This document shows positions 27,011 through 41,418 of a DNA stretch of 64,000 nucleotides, one piece after another; the first letter of the stretch is position 1; each line of letters begins with the position of its first letter. Source of the stretch: Antedon mediterranea (taxonomy: Eukaryota > Animalia > Echinodermata). The stretch lies in contig NC_092675.1 of assembly GCF_964355755.1 (NCBI RefSeq), forward strand, positions 3,033,812 to 3,097,811. The letters are read 5' to 3'. The translations under genes were made by a program, and so were the position numbers. The notes beneath the pieces are model-generated. The model made no database searches. It was given only the letters and a program-made list of their open reading frames with translations, and was not told where the DNA came from.

Positions 27011-27109
27011 CTTTAATATCTGTTTCATTTCTTCAGACACTTCATTCTGATTCTGGTCTTGTAGTATAATATTTGCAGACCGCTTCCTTTCTCTATGAAG
27101 GATATTTAA
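27011..27109 (-). CDS. RASGRF: RasGRF coding exon 4 (coiled-coil/IQ linker)
   Basis: ttttgtcag|TTA...AAG|gtaatt; 99 nt, phase 0 to 0; LNILHRERKRSANIILQDQNQNEVSEEMKQILK leads directly into the IQ motif. Confidence 0.88.
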
Positions 27110-30100
27110 CTGACAAAAAAGAAACAATTATTATTAACAAATGTACTAATGCATCTATATAGTTATTCCAATATTGCATAGGTAAGATGGATCAGGTAAT
27201 CTTGTTATCCTTACTTATTAATTCTTGAAGATGTATTTGTCCCCCAAAACATGAAGATGTTTAAACTTTGAATAGGCCATTTTGTAGGCAGTTTTTTAAG
27301 GTACTGTAAATAAATATTTTTCTTCTGATCCTCCTCAAATAGTTACAGAAATATCATAAATAGTATTAAACTTAAAACTGAGTCTGTGCTCGTTGAGAAG
27401 AATTTTAAATTTAAAAAAAAAAAAACCATTATTCTTTATAGAACATTTATGACCGATTTGAACAACATATTTTTAAAAATGATCAAAAATGAAATTTTAC
27501 TAATTATGACAAGACAATCTAAAATGTGTACATCTCTACAAAATAAAAGGATCTATAAAAAATAGTTTGTAGGAAGAGTTACAAAAAGATAGAGGTTGGG
27601 TCAACATTAGGTCAAAGGTAATTCATTAAGATCAAAACTAGGGGTCAATTTTTACGATTCTAATTAAAATTCATGCAAGTACTGTATGTTAAAAAAAATT
27701 ATAAAGAGAATGAGATTGATTGATAAACAACTTTATATATCACATGAAATATTAACATTTTTTCCTGTTTTTTAAAGTTAAATAAGCTACCAAATGCTAG
27801 TAGCATTTTCATAAACTTTGTTGAAGTAGCTAGCAGTCATACTTAATGCGTAAAGGGACCATAATGTGGACAAATTATTCTACTGCAGTTGCTGCTATAT
27901 CTCCATTTTGTTTTACACTCCGAGTCTTAACCTGTTGATCCAATTTACTTTAATCAAGCTCTTTTGGTAATGGTTCAGCTACACTGTGTTGAAGTTAACT
28001 ACAGTAGAATCATTTTGACATGACCCATATAACAAAATCACTCAATCTTTTAATAAGGTAATGAATAAACATAAAAGTGAAAAAAGTGGCGTGACGATTT
28101 AACAGGCTTTTTCATACAAACATGCATGGCAATGTGAGATTGAAAATCAATTTAATGATATAAAAAAGCAGCTTAAATACAGCTTTAATGTCTCCACTAC
28201 AAATTGATCTATTTTAGCTTTCATTCAACGAGATAATTGAACAAATCTTATGAAGATTGGAGCAAGTTTGTAAATTTGAAAATTAATTCTGAACTGAAAT
28301 GATATTGAAAACCATAACTTAATGTTATGTTAATTCAATTGATTTCAATGAACAATATATATTTAAACAAAATTTCGAAAAAAAGAAGCTATAGCTGACT
28401 GAATTTGTATTAAAGTAAACTAATTCATTAATTTAAAAACCTGCCAATAATCATGTTTTTGCTCTAAATCACTAAAAAAAAATAAAATAAGTAGCATTTG
28501 ATTTTGGAGATTTCAAAAAATATTAATTAAACAGTAGTACAGGACTGTACAATTTACAGACTGCACTAAACTCAACCCTTGTATACTTAAAACCCCGATA
28601 TCCATAGTAGCATCAAATACGCTACTCGTCCTCACACACATAACTCTCACTCATTTTGAAAAATCTTAATGTATACTGTACCTCTACTATCTCCCTTTTT
28701 AGCTGAAATTTCGAAGGCAAGTGAAAAATATGAGAAAGCGAAACACTGAAATATGTATAAAATAGGCCAATATGTAAAAAATGATGAGCTTCTGCTTAAC
28801 ATAGATATAGCACAATAGAAAAGCATTGCATGATTATATATAATAGCATTTCATACAAAATTCATTTAAAAAAATGTAAATTATGTGAAAAAAATTAAGG
28901 ATCTTTCACATCAAATGCTTTATCGGGATTTCTATACTATTTGTGACAGGGATGTTTAATGAACTTATAATTTTCGAGTAACTCACTCCTTAAGGAGAAT
29001 ATGCTATTGTTGGTTCGCTACGCACGAATCAGAGTTCTAATTCTGTCTTATAACTGTTGTTTATCCTACTGGATTTAGTACTAGCAAACTAAATAATTTT
29101 GGTAAACAACATTTTTTTCTTAGCACAACATATGTTGTACATTTTCAGTGATGTGAAAGATCTTATCATTTTAAAACAGCCTGTGTTTGTGAAAAAAGGG
29201 TTAGTGAACAGTATAGGGAATGTGAGTGTAAAAACTAGACAAATCTGAACTGGATGGGCGTTCTGAAATCGGTTCAAAGTGAACCCAAGTGTGAAAATCT
29301 AACAATGAAATAAACATATCTATAATTTTGTTGTAGACAAATAGACAAAATGGAACAATATCATATAGTTGAATATACTAGTATAATGATACAATATCTA
29401 CAGCTCACAGATATTTTAAAATAGCAATACAGTAGTAAATCTAAGATGGTTTATAATTCTACAATGTTTTTGCATTACACTGTACACTATCTTAAGAATT
29501 CGGTATAATTTTCCAGTACTGCATGTTTGAGTATAGTACTTTAAAGTGTGCACATTAAATGTACAGATATAATTGCATAATTTTATATTGAATGCCGCAC
29601 TTCAGTAATATTATCACCCATTAACAAATTATTATGAAAAATACATTGGCAATTTGTCAAAATTGACTGTTTCAATACAAGATTGGATATGTTACTACCG
29701 TATTATTCATGATAACGAATAGATTGTCTACAATTATTGTAGTTTTATTTAATACCAGATTTTATTCATTCAAGTTTGGTTATTGTATGTTGCAGACATC
29801 AGATTATTAGACTAATTATCTTGTGATGAGGAAAAATAAAAATAAGTTTAAAGGAAAATAATTTACTTTATCAACTAGCCCAAGAAATCTTTAATAATTT
29901 ACATATTGATCACATTGAAATTTTCTAGAATGGCAAAATCTATTATTTACATTATGTTTTAGTAGGAATTGGATATTAGATACTGTAAGGTAACTGCCTA
30001 CCAGCAAGACATTTCAGTTTAAGGGTTATTTGCAGCAATTCTGTGCTAAAGTGTTTAATTGCTTTATATAATTTAATCGTTTATAATTACACAGTAATTG

Positions 30101-30706
30101 TGTGACAACAAGGTTATAATTTCAATGATTTGGAAAAAAAAATCTACATATTACTGTACAGTACCTATTGATTATCCCTACCTGCAGATTTTAATTTACT
30201 AACGTGTACAGGGATTGAATTACTTTTCCTAGTTTTTATTTCAACAATATTTACAGCAAGTAAGATATATACCCTATATTATAGTAATTATTTGTATAAC
30301 TATACTTTAGTGTAAGGACGCTTTTGATTTGTGACGACAGGACCGATGCATACCGTGTCATATGCTGGAAATAGCATTAAAACTGTGTCTAGTAATGTAC
30401 TATATGTGCAAATATTCTTTATTTTTCCTCCATGACAGAAGTACTGTAACTAAATTGTGCTATGTTCTATGATAGAAAGTTGCCTATTATCAATCCTGGT
30501 GTGTTTTTTTATCTAATAAAAAAAAGGTTACAGTATTTACGCATAACAGCACCTAGTATAAAATTACAAAATATACTATAATTGTATGTACTTTTAAAAT
30601 CTGACTTAATGCTTAATAGGGGGGGGGGGGGGGGGGTAGAAACAGAAACCCTGGCACTACTGTAGGTCAGGATTGAATCATTGGATTAAACCATGCTAAT
30701 CTACTA

Positions 30707-31293
30707 CAGCTCGACTTCAGTAATGAAACAACTTAAGGACTCAAAAGTCTCCCCTTAAATGGGGTATCCCCTATTGCCCTTGTTCATTTCATTAGAAAGT
30801 AAATAGGGATGTCATTAAATAGGGATGTCATTGAATAGGGGCGTCATTGAATAGGGGGCGTCATTGAATAGGGGGTGTCATTGAATAGGGGGTGTCATTG
30901 AATAGGGGTGTCATTGAATAGGGGGGTCATTGAATAGGGGGTGTCATTGAATAGGGGTGTCATTGAATAGGGGTGTCATTGAATAGGGGGTGTCATTGAA
31001 TAGGGGTGTCATTGAATAGGGGTGTCATTGAATAGGGGCGTCATTGAATAGGGGTGTCATTGAATAGGGGGTATCATTGAATAGGGGGTGTCATTGAATA
31101 GGGGGTGTCATTGAATAGGGGGTGTCATTGAATAGGGGTGTCATTGAATAGGTTTTTTTATTGTATTGTTTACCATTGATAGAAATTAATAAATTTTGAC
31201 ATGGGTGTCCTTGCATAGAGGTGTCATTGAATAGGGGTGTCATTGAATAGCAATATGATTGAATAGGGGTATCCCAAAGGAAGGGTTCCACTG
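30707..31293. mobile_element. Tigger/pogo-like MITE with an expanded internal 17-18-bp repeat (gtcattgaatagggg)
   Basis: Right terminus gggttccactg (reverse CAGTGGAACCC); about 20 tandem gtcattgaataggg units at 30800-31155. Confidence 0.65.
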
Positions 31294-31687
31294 CAGTTCT
31301 CTACTTGTAGCTGCATGTACAGTACTACGCATCAGATATTAATTATTTCTACTGAATATGACTGTCATCTACAATAATCATAATATTTCTAGCAATGACT
31401 CTACAGTAGTCATTATGGAATATTCCCACTGGGCACTGACTATGTGTTACATAGGTATTTGTTCCACTAGGGTTCTGTAATAATATTAAGCGCCTAGATC
31501 GTAATATTATCATTTTGACATATTATAAGCAATCTAAAGATTATGTTATGTTAATGGTCATTTTGTGTTATTATCCAGTCTATAGTCTCCCTAAAAGTAT
31601 AAAAGATAAGATTTAAAAATAACTAATACAGTATTGCATTATTAAAAGGTTTTATAAAACATATTTATTATAACATGGATGAATCAT

Positions 31688-32195
31688 TAGGGAGTTTTCG
31701 CAATCTTACGAATACGATAACAAAAACGGATACGTCACGCACACGTATTCGTTTTTCATAAGCCAGTAAAAATCTGTTTCGCATGGCAACGAAATATTGA
31801 GGGCGCCGTCCAAAATATGACTGCGGTAAATTTGAGCGAAGCGCAGCAGATACGTGTTGCTTGGTGCTTGTCTGCCTAGGCCTAGCGTAACATCACAGCG
31901 AGTGAGGACTTTAAAAACTACTATTTATCAAAATTGACCTGGCATTTTAGTAAATTACTTTCAATAAAAGTATAAATATTACAGTATAATAATCATAAAT
32001 CGTTCCTGATTCAAATGCAAAATGTGCAAAATAGATCAAAAACTATACTCGTTTTGTAGTTACAAATATGACTGGTGATATTCATCAACACGAATACGCT
32101 TTACGAATATGAAATGGGGATCAGCTCAAAAGTTTCACAAATGTGTGACGTATCCGTTTTCGTTATCGTATTCGTAAGGTTGCGAAAACTCCCTA
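31688..32195. mobile_element. MITE family A, copy 2
   Basis: Co-linear and highly similar to 4329-4839; TIR agggagttttcgcaa...ttgcgaaaactccct. Confidence 0.9.
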
Positions 32196-33329
32196 TTAAT
32201 TCAGTATTCACAAGAAATAAGGGCTTGGTAACATTATTAATTCATCAAATATTAAGAGGTTAAGTAATTAACATCAATCAAATGTTTTAATCAATACAAC
32301 AAATAAAGTGAAATGCTGTATTATAAATTTTGTTGTGTCAAAAATGATATTTTTATTTACATAAGAATCATCAATCAATATTTTAGTAATTTCAAGTAAT
32401 TAGAGGCTGATCATTTTATTCATGTTAAATAAATATTAAGAGGTTACTAGTAATAATAATACGAAAAAGCTTTGATCAATACGGAATTTATGTACCAGAT
32501 GTTATCTTACAATTAAAATGTTTAACAATGACGTTATATATTTTTACAGTTATTTCATATTATCATATCACAAATCAATATTTTAACATTCACATCAAAT
32601 TTCAATAAATTTAATAACCATACTCAGGCAAGTTTTATTTGGCCTTAAGGATGCAAAACAAACAGGGAAAATGTCATGAACATATTGATCGAATCGAAAA
32701 CAGATTTAAAAAGGACATGTTGCTTTAAAACAAGCTAAAAAATTAAACAGAAAACTTCTATCTTCTGAACATTATTAATATTCATCTTCCACCCAAAGGG
32801 TTAGATGGTGTTTCACTAAAAGTACAATAACGCTCTAACAGCATGCTCTAATGGCTGCAGCTCATCTATAATAATACTGTGAGTGACTAATGGATTATAT
32901 TTCTTGAATGTGTCATCAACAAGACACCTCAAGTGGATTCCTTATGGTGGCAAATTGGCCTGCACAGAGAGAAGATTGAGTTCTGCTTAAAACTTACAAT
33001 TACTACAGATGCACTGTCAGATTTGAATTGCAATTACAGTTATATTAACTCTCAATAAACAATTACTGTACCACTGTAGAGAAATTGTAGTAACAAATAA
33101 ATATTAATATATAATAATATAATTCATAATTGAATTGGCACCAAATTGAAGTATTTAACATATTAATACTAAACATGTCTGTAGTGTAATTATACTAATA
33201 ATAATCTTGCTGTTTTGTGCCAGCCCGAGAAGATGAAAGTTGTTTTGTGTGTAAAAATTATTGTATAACGTGCAATCAAATATAAATCCATTATTCATAT
33301 TAAACAATTACACTGTTAAACTATTTTAC

Positions 33330-33477
33330 CTCCATCTTTAACTTGGATACTTCACATGTCAACTCTTCACATTGCTGCCGAAGATTTAACTTGGCTGTCT
33401 TCTCACTGTCAAGTATTTGTAAAAGGTGCAAATACTTTTGTTCAAGTTCTTCCTTTTGAGATAAAATCATGTTGAAG
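33330..33477 (-). CDS. RASGRF: RasGRF coding exon 3 (coiled coil)
   Basis: poly-T ag|C...GAG|gtaaaa; 148 nt, phase 2 to 0; FNMILSQKEELEQKYLHLLQILDSEKTAKLNLRQQCEELTCEVSKLKME contains the RasGRF QKYLHLLQI motif. Confidence 0.95.
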
Positions 33478-35065
33478 CTAAAAAAAAAAAAAAAATGTTA
33501 TTTTTAACTTAATTAAGCGTACCATGACTTCTTCAGTGGTCTAATAACATCTACATATCGAGCAGAGGAGTCTGGGTTTCGAAGCAATATTGGGATTACT
33601 TCTTCACATAGACGTTTTTTACCAATTACAGTCTCATTTAGAATCTCTCGCTTCTAATTTTTTTTAAATATTATTTTGTAGTTATTTATTGCAAATTTGT
33701 TTAAAAAAATATCCGAGTTAAAAAAGAGCTAATTTGCATTGTTGCTTATTTCATTTTGTTTATTCTTATTTTCTTTGTTTATTATTTAATGTCTTAATAC
33801 TCGAGTTAAGAAAAGCCATTACATTGGTTTTTTTTGTTATTACTATATTGGGTCTAGTGACTTTACAAAAAGACCAAACTGAACCAAAAATAAATTAATC
33901 AAAATCTCCCTAATAATGATGAGAGTGTAGTTATAGGAATAATAATCATTGATTTCCATGGAAGATGAAGTCAACAAAAGACAGCATGTCATTTTTCTTA
34001 GAAAATTAAAGAATTATCCATTTTCTAGACGTTAATGACACATTATGATTTTTTAAATTGATAAATGATTGATTCCGTAAAAAAAAATATCTAATATCGA
34101 TATCATCAAACAAATTTTTCAAGAAAAATTAATGGAAAAAACATAAAAAAAATTTGTTTTATAAGACACTCAATCATTTTTTTTTGTTTATTATAACTCG
34201 CCTTAGAAATTATAGTTTTTCAACACACCTTTATAGTTTAAAACGCACCTAAAAAAACTATTGTTTAAAAACAGTAACACACATGAAATTAAATTAATTG
34301 TTTACCATTTCTCACCTAAGAACTGTTTAATATAAACACTAGGAAATTATTGTTTATTACAATCCACATAATTTTATTTATTTTATTTTATTCAGTCAAA
34401 ACCAACAGCGATAAATACCACCACTAACAGGAACACTAAGAAAATGTTATTGTTTATATTATGTTTCAACGTTTTATTCATTAATAGCAATTACATTTCC
34501 CCAGGTTTATCATCATGCGAGCTTGGTGGTGAAGTTGGTCTTTGAAATTCACACCATTATTCTAACTCTTTTTTCTCAAGCTGTAGAATACCATAATTTG
34601 CTTTGTAACTGACTCTGACTATCAAACATTTTGTGAAAAAGTCATGAGAGTTTGAGAAGGCACAGGTGATCTTTTTCCTGTATATTTAGAAAAGATTACC
34701 ACGTCCTTTGGATAGGACGTTAAGCAATCGGTCAAGAACAAAAATACTTGCTGGGTTTTTATTAGGGCATAAAAAATATAGCTATAGATCAGATTGTTAT
34801 TGTGAAAAAAACAGACTCACTATTTTGCGGAGGGGTATAATTCGGGGACATGGCAATAGTAATGGCATGGTAATAAATTAGACCGGCGATTCTAATCAGA
34901 TGCTGTGAATTGAAAGGTGCCAGTAATGAAGATTACTTAATCATATTAATCAGGATAGGCGCTACACTGTATAGTGCTAACAGACATAATAGCATGGCAG
35001 TTGGCCATTATTCACCTATAACCTCCAGACGTACTATAGTTAATAGCACTGGTCATTTCCTCATA

Positions 35066-35937
35066 GGCCCCGTTTCTGCTGCCAAAAATATACCGTATAT
35101 ACTGTATACGGTATATTTTATATACGGTATATTTTTTGCCAGCAGAAATGGGTCTCATAAAAAATATACCGTATATATATGCGGTATATACCGCATAAAT
35201 ATCCCCATCGTTTGTGGATATTATACGGTATATTCCAAAATATACCGTATATTTCGTACCCCGTTTCTGCTGCACTCAAAATATACCGTATATGTGACCC
35301 GGCCCATGACACGAGGTCAAAAACTAACAGAGTGTGACGCGTTTGTTTGGGTTTTTCTGCTGCATTGACACACGCGTGTATAATAAGCAAGCAACAGATC
35401 AAAATATCACTGTGGACTGAAGAAATAACTATTTTTGCAATTCAATTGTGGGGAGAAGCGAAGGTTGGGGGGAGACTACATGGCAACAGAAGAGATACCG
35501 AGATTTACAAAAGTATCTCAAACAAAATAAAAGCAGAATTTGTGGTAGACTTAATAACGCCAAAGTTATCGGCAAACGCCGTCGTCTTCTTTGCATAAAT
35601 GTAGTCAATGCCCATTCTACATTTCTAGATTGTTTGTGCGATGTAAATTCGTTGCCACTTCTGATCATTAGATTTAAAATAGCAATGCTAAGACGTTTTG
35701 AGAAACCATAATTGTTTTGTTTTTGTCATGTAACCTCACTACACGAGACTCTAGGTCAATCCATACTTCCGTCTCACAAAATGCATTTTGGGTATATGAA
35801 AGCCAACTTTTTTTACAGCCCACCCACGAAGTATGTGCAGCGGAAACGGTGCACGAATTTCATATACGGTATATATACGGTATATTTATACGGTATATTT
35901 ATACGGTATATTTGGGATTGGCAGCAGAAACAGGGCC
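35066..35937 (+). mobile_element. PIF/Harbinger deletion derivative with Myb/SANT-like ORF remnant
   Basis: TIR ggccccgtttctgctgcca / tggcagcagaaacagggcc; 3-bp TSD ATA; subterminal ataccgtata repeats; internal frame WTEEITIFAIQLWGEAKVGGRLHGNRRDTEIYKSISNKIKAEF. Confidence 0.75.
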
Positions 35938-37333
35938 ATACAGTACAGCAAAAAAAAAAGTTTTTCTTTCATCTTTACTCTGGATAAATGGCCAGAAGTT
36001 TTAAGTATTTAGGTTTGACATTTTTCTTAGACCTTGTTGTAATATGAAATGTAGTTTACATATAAAAGACCAAATTAAAAAGAAACACAAGGAACTACTG
36101 TACTCTCATAGTCAATACTTAATAATTTAGCTAGACATAAATAAATAATTAAAGAACAGAAGCATGTATACGCATGTGCAATCTGCTACTTAACCTTCAG
36201 CCTACATTTAGTTGAAGTACACTCTTATTCAATGAGCGTCGTCTGCTAAATACAAAAGTGTTGAATGGTTTCTTTGAGGATATATTGTTTGCTATTGCGT
36301 TTCAATTTTAGTGAATTACTTGGTAATAAGAAACATTGTTATCTAGTGTGTAGATTATAAAGCAATGCACTTTTCATTAACAATATAAAAATCGAAGGTA
36401 AATTAGTTGTTAGCAATCAGGGTTCGTTGGACACCATTCTTCTCAGAAAATCATAAGCATAATGAATGCTAAAAGTGGGAAAATATCAGTGTTATTAAGA
36501 ATTAAGAGATGTTATACTATACTGTAGTATATAACTTATAAAAAAAATTAATGACGAAACGTCAATCTTTTTTTGTCATTCAATTTAAATATCAGTATTG
36601 ATTGTAAAAGAGTTTAAATTTTGTAAACGCTGTTTCAAAATGTTTTTAAATAATATGCTAAAAATGGGTTTTGCATTAAGTTGTTAATATAATTTTGGGA
36701 CAACCCATCGCCATTCAGGTTTACACCTACATTAGAGGCACTTTTCTGGGTCCAAAGATGTGCCATTATATTCAAGAATCAACTAGGTCTTTTTTTTGTG
36801 TGTGTATGATCAATTCAACATTGAATTACATCTATTTTTTTCTTTTAAAATTAATTATTTTTTATTTTTCTTATTATCATACTATATGATAAAAAAAACA
36901 TGTAATTCGTGGTTAATAATTTAATTTTGTGCGCCCAATTCTCAAACAGAAGGACGTAAATTTAGCCAAGATCAATTATGATAAAATTGATTATAATAAA
37001 ATCTAATGTTTTATAACAATTGCTCTTAGGAATTTCATTGTGCTGGTATTAATTTATATGACATTTATGGTTGGCAATTTAAGTTACATATTGCCATATT
37101 ATTAATATTATCTATGGATTTCATAATTTTCACAAAGTACATGAGAATAGGCCAGGTGTTAAATTAGTAAAGAACTACAGTATCAACTGTCATGTATAAT
37201 TACAAATAATCCATTTTCATTAATTCATTCTCAATTGATAATTAATAATATTCCATAATTTATATTATTAATATTTATGCAAGCAGTCGCATTAGATGCA
37301 CTTCTTGATACTGTGTGTAAACTATAGTGTGAT

Positions 37334-37461
37334 GTGCCCAACTATGGAAGTGATATGCCCAAATATGGTAGTGATATGCCCAAATATGGAAGTGATATGC
37401 CCAAATATGGTAGTGATATGCCCAAATATGGAAGTGATATGCCCAAATATGGTAGTGATAT
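37334..37461. repeat. 21-bp tandem repeat (atgcccaaatatggtagtgat) x6 inside a MITE
   Basis: Direct; the same motif occurs at lower copy number in the 10059 and 2807 elements. Confidence 0.9.
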
Positions 37462-40448
37462 GACATCATCGTGTTCATATGGGCACATCCCATTTATTTT
37501 CCACATAAAGTTTGATAGTGTAGACAGACCTTAAAGCTGAACTAGTTATATGGGCATCCATTTATAATGTAACTAATCAGCAGCAGATCCTGAATTTAGA
37601 AAATGGGGGTTAAATCTACATTATTTTTATGGTCATTTTATTACTTGTTCGAGCTGGAGTGGATTTTAATAGAACACCTATTATGGGGAAAACCAAAAAT
37701 ATGTCCTTTTTATAAGGATTACTATAAGCAGGCACGATATAGACACTGTATTGTGTCGTTTCTTGGGAAAGTGTCCATGAATAGGTGTGCCAAAGGGTTC
37801 TAAATTCTTATGTAAATTGTAATACCTAACAAAATGTATGCACTTTGTTTGAATTAATATTAATATCCCATAGTAGCACAATTTTCATAAATAAACATGT
37901 TCAATGGCACTTTAGATAGTTCTTGTATACGTAGACTTAGATTTTTCATTTTCAACTACAGTACAGTACATGCTTCTCTCCTAGGTCATGTCATGTCATG
38001 TCAGTGTAGCCAACTGTGCTCTCCCCTGTTTGAACTAGCACAACACTCTACCTTTTTTCAAAAGGTATTACTAAATGCTCTAAAAGAGAACAAAAACATT
38101 TTTTTTTCACTGGGCCTACGGTATAGTCCTTCGAGAAGACTCCACCACCAGAACTATGGAGCAAATGAGCCTCAAACCCTTGCCGATATTATGATTACGT
38201 TCCACTGTCTTAACTACTTGGCCATTCATTCATCATCATACTGTACTCCTATTCTACTTTGTCCTACTGCGTGCATATTGAAATATTTATATATTTTCCT
38301 AAAGAGTAATCATCGATCATTTCTCATTATTAGGCTAATCCGCAATGCTAACATATCCTGCACAATGTTTACCTTTTGCCAGCTACAGAGTAACAATGCA
38401 TTGTTTAAAATTTATGGCTCAAACAAATCTGCTTTTTAACTAGATTACCTAATTTATTCACAATTTCAAAAATGATCATTCATCTTAAATAGTCAACGAT
38501 TGTGGTTATGTCCATATTTTACTAAGGCATGGGTTTCAACCCTGATAGTGCCAGGGTTGTATTACTCTATAATGACAGTTCTATTATTGGACTATACCAT
38601 TTGTGTAGAGGGGTGATCAATGAAAATTTCTACTTTTTGAGTTATGTCTTGCTTTTTGAGGAGAAATGGCTATTCTCGGTTTATCCAGGTAAGCTATGCA
38701 CGAAATCGACTGATAGAACCATGTACTGTATGAAATATTGAATCAATACAATTAATTTTTTTTAATGAATAAATAATAAAGTTGAAAATTAAAGACCTTG
38801 TCGGTACTGAATACTACATACAGTATAACAATTCTCTAAATTTTTAATAAAGCAATGTATTTCTCAACAAAGATCTACACAGTAGGCTATGATATCAAAA
38901 AGATACTTATATTTTCATATCTCAAGAATCAATTAATTATCTTTTCGTTATCACAAAATCAAACATGACCATTGAAACTACTGTACTGTATATCGATTGC
39001 TAAGTGGCTTATGAGAAATACATCTATACTCTGATACGTAATCTTGGGAAGTGAATGATAAAACGTGAAGTGAGTGTTGCGTTTCATACAATATAATTCT
39101 ATAGAATTAGGATGGTACTGTACATAGCTGATTGTAAAATAAAACAGAGGCTTTCTTCAACATTTACATTATAATAGCAGTTTTTAAAGATTGGATGATG
39201 ATTCAATAAAAAAAAACTATTCAAGTCTATACACCTTGGGTGCTCAAGAATAAAACGTTTGAATAAAAAGTTGATCATTATTAATATTCAAATATTTTGT
39301 ATTGGATCATAAAAAAGAAATCTTAAATACAAAGATCCAGATGAACCTTTTAAATAATCACAATTAATAGCGTGGAAAATGTGTAGAAAATAAAAGAAGT
39401 GTCACTGAAATAGATCTTTCATTTTCAATTTCTACTCCTAATACTACACACATTATTCTGAATATAACTTCCAAACCAAGCTCTATTAATAATAGTAATA
39501 TATTGATTAGTTTCTATACCTCATTGAAAATGTTTTAAATTGATTAAATTGTTATTCTGATTTTAATATGAGAATAGTATCCAAAAAGCATCTAAAACAA
39601 CAGAATGTGTGCTGCAAATTACACTTCTAAACATACAGTATTTAGGGGGGTTGTTGGTGTGCTGTTTGTATCCATGTTTGTGGAAATTTACAAAATTTAA
39701 GTGTGCTTGTAAACAAATGGATGGCAAACATTCAGAGAAAAACATTTTCACACTTGGACCTATAAACATACGGTGTGGAGAACACAGGTGAGACATGCGA
39801 TGTCTAACAACGACTAGAGTTTAAGAAAGAATTGTGATCAGATCACATTCGCACGCCTGAAAAGACCAGACGTGCCTCTGAATTAAAACAATCTTGCTGT
39901 GGGTTATATTTATTTGATAAAGAATATAAAATACAAAACAACTTTTTTTCCAAATTAAATGCACACAATCCTGTGGCGGTTTTCTTTTTATTTCTTCTAT
40001 AAAGAGAATGTGACCCACTTCTTATAAGAATATGTCTCTACTAACATACAATACAGTTAGTAGGTAGTGTACATTACTTACTGTATAACTGGCAGTTTTC
40101 TCTTTTTTTAATAAACAGAACGACCTACTTCTAAAGAAAAAAAATTATCTAGAATTGTATTTAGTTGGTTTACTTTTTGATTATGAATCTACAAAATGAG
40201 GCCACAGTTATCAATTTGACGACCTCGGTTGCGCGTACATAAACACTTGAGAAATAGTGCTGTTTCATCCATGACGAGGGTGTTAAAAAGGTGCTAATTA
40301 GAAAAGCCCTAATAATTCCTGAAAAATGTATTATTTCTTCTATCTATTTTAATTTATTGTACATCCAACAGTGTAAACACCAATTAACTAATAATTATTT
40401 AGCATTTTATCAATAAAATTACACAAACCAGAAATGGTGATGGTGTGA

Positions 40449-40755
40449 GTGCTAGCTTAACTGAATAAACCGACAAATGCCATATTTCTCCTCGAAGAGC
40501 AAGATATACTCGAAAAGTAGAAAATTCATTGAACACCCCCCTCTCTAAATGGTACCACAAACCTCAAGTGGGAACATCCCACAATTCACCATCATCATTT
40601 CTTTTCGAGACATGAAAGACAAAACATGTCTGACAAAGAGCTTGCAATACACAGTAGATTTGCTGTTTGCAAAGAAAATTTTCTACTTTTCAAGTATATA
40701 TCGCTCTTCGAGGAGAAATTTGGCATTTGTCGGTTTATCCAGGTAAGCTAGGCAC
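40449..40755. mobile_element. ~305-bp foldback MITE with long TIRs
   Basis: gcttaactgaataaaccgacaaatgccatatttctcctcgaagagc ... gctcttcgaggagaaatttggcatttgtcggtttatccaggtaagc; half copies at about 15767, 18015 and 38600-38705. Confidence 0.8.
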
Positions 40756-41418
40756 GAAATAGACAACTACCTGTAAATATATTAATTATTAATGATTTAT
40801 TTTGATTGACAAATAAAACATTTCCTAAGAGTAAAGCCTTTAACATCAATATAATAACTGATTACATATTTCGAGAGCTTGAATTGTTGGATTTGTATTG
40901 TATAGCAAAAAAATCAAAGAATACCACATGTTATTATCAGGAGTCCACAAATAGCCAATGATTTATTCCGAAAGAAAATCAGAAGCTGACCGTTGGGAAT
41001 TGATACAGCAGCATTAATATCCGTCCAATGACCTGAGAATTGCTAGTTTAATTGACCGCTTGAAATGACCGCTTCGGTTTGCTTAACTGCAAGGTATGAG
41101 TGTGAAAAAGTATTTTTGTTTCATATTTTGTATAAGTAAGTAAGTAAATTAATTGTCATTTGTAAATTATATATAAAAAACATTTACATTGAAATGTTTT
41201 GGCATTGAACTGTTTCGGCAACAACAAATAAATAGAACTTTTTCATATTGTATATGAAAATGGTAGAAATAAATAAAATAAATAAAAATAAATTGTTTTT
41301 AAAATCTACACAATAGGTCAGAATTTCAAACAAGTGAGTGAGGTGAGTCAAGCCAGGCTTGAGGTTGTAGTGCGACCATAGCCAAAGAGAATTATTTATA
41401 AAAAATATGAGGGCGTGA

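Noticed and set aside
34910-35402. Overlapping Y/I/R-rich ORFs
   Set aside because: Translations of the subterminal ataccgtata repeats of the Harbinger-like element.
37275-37534. MPKYGSD and HIWAYH repeat ORFs
   Set aside because: 21-bp repeat inside a MITE.
37897-38439. 180-aa ORF
   Set aside because: No recognisable domain, composition typical of non-coding DNA, and it overlaps a decayed SINE fragment at about 38115-38225.
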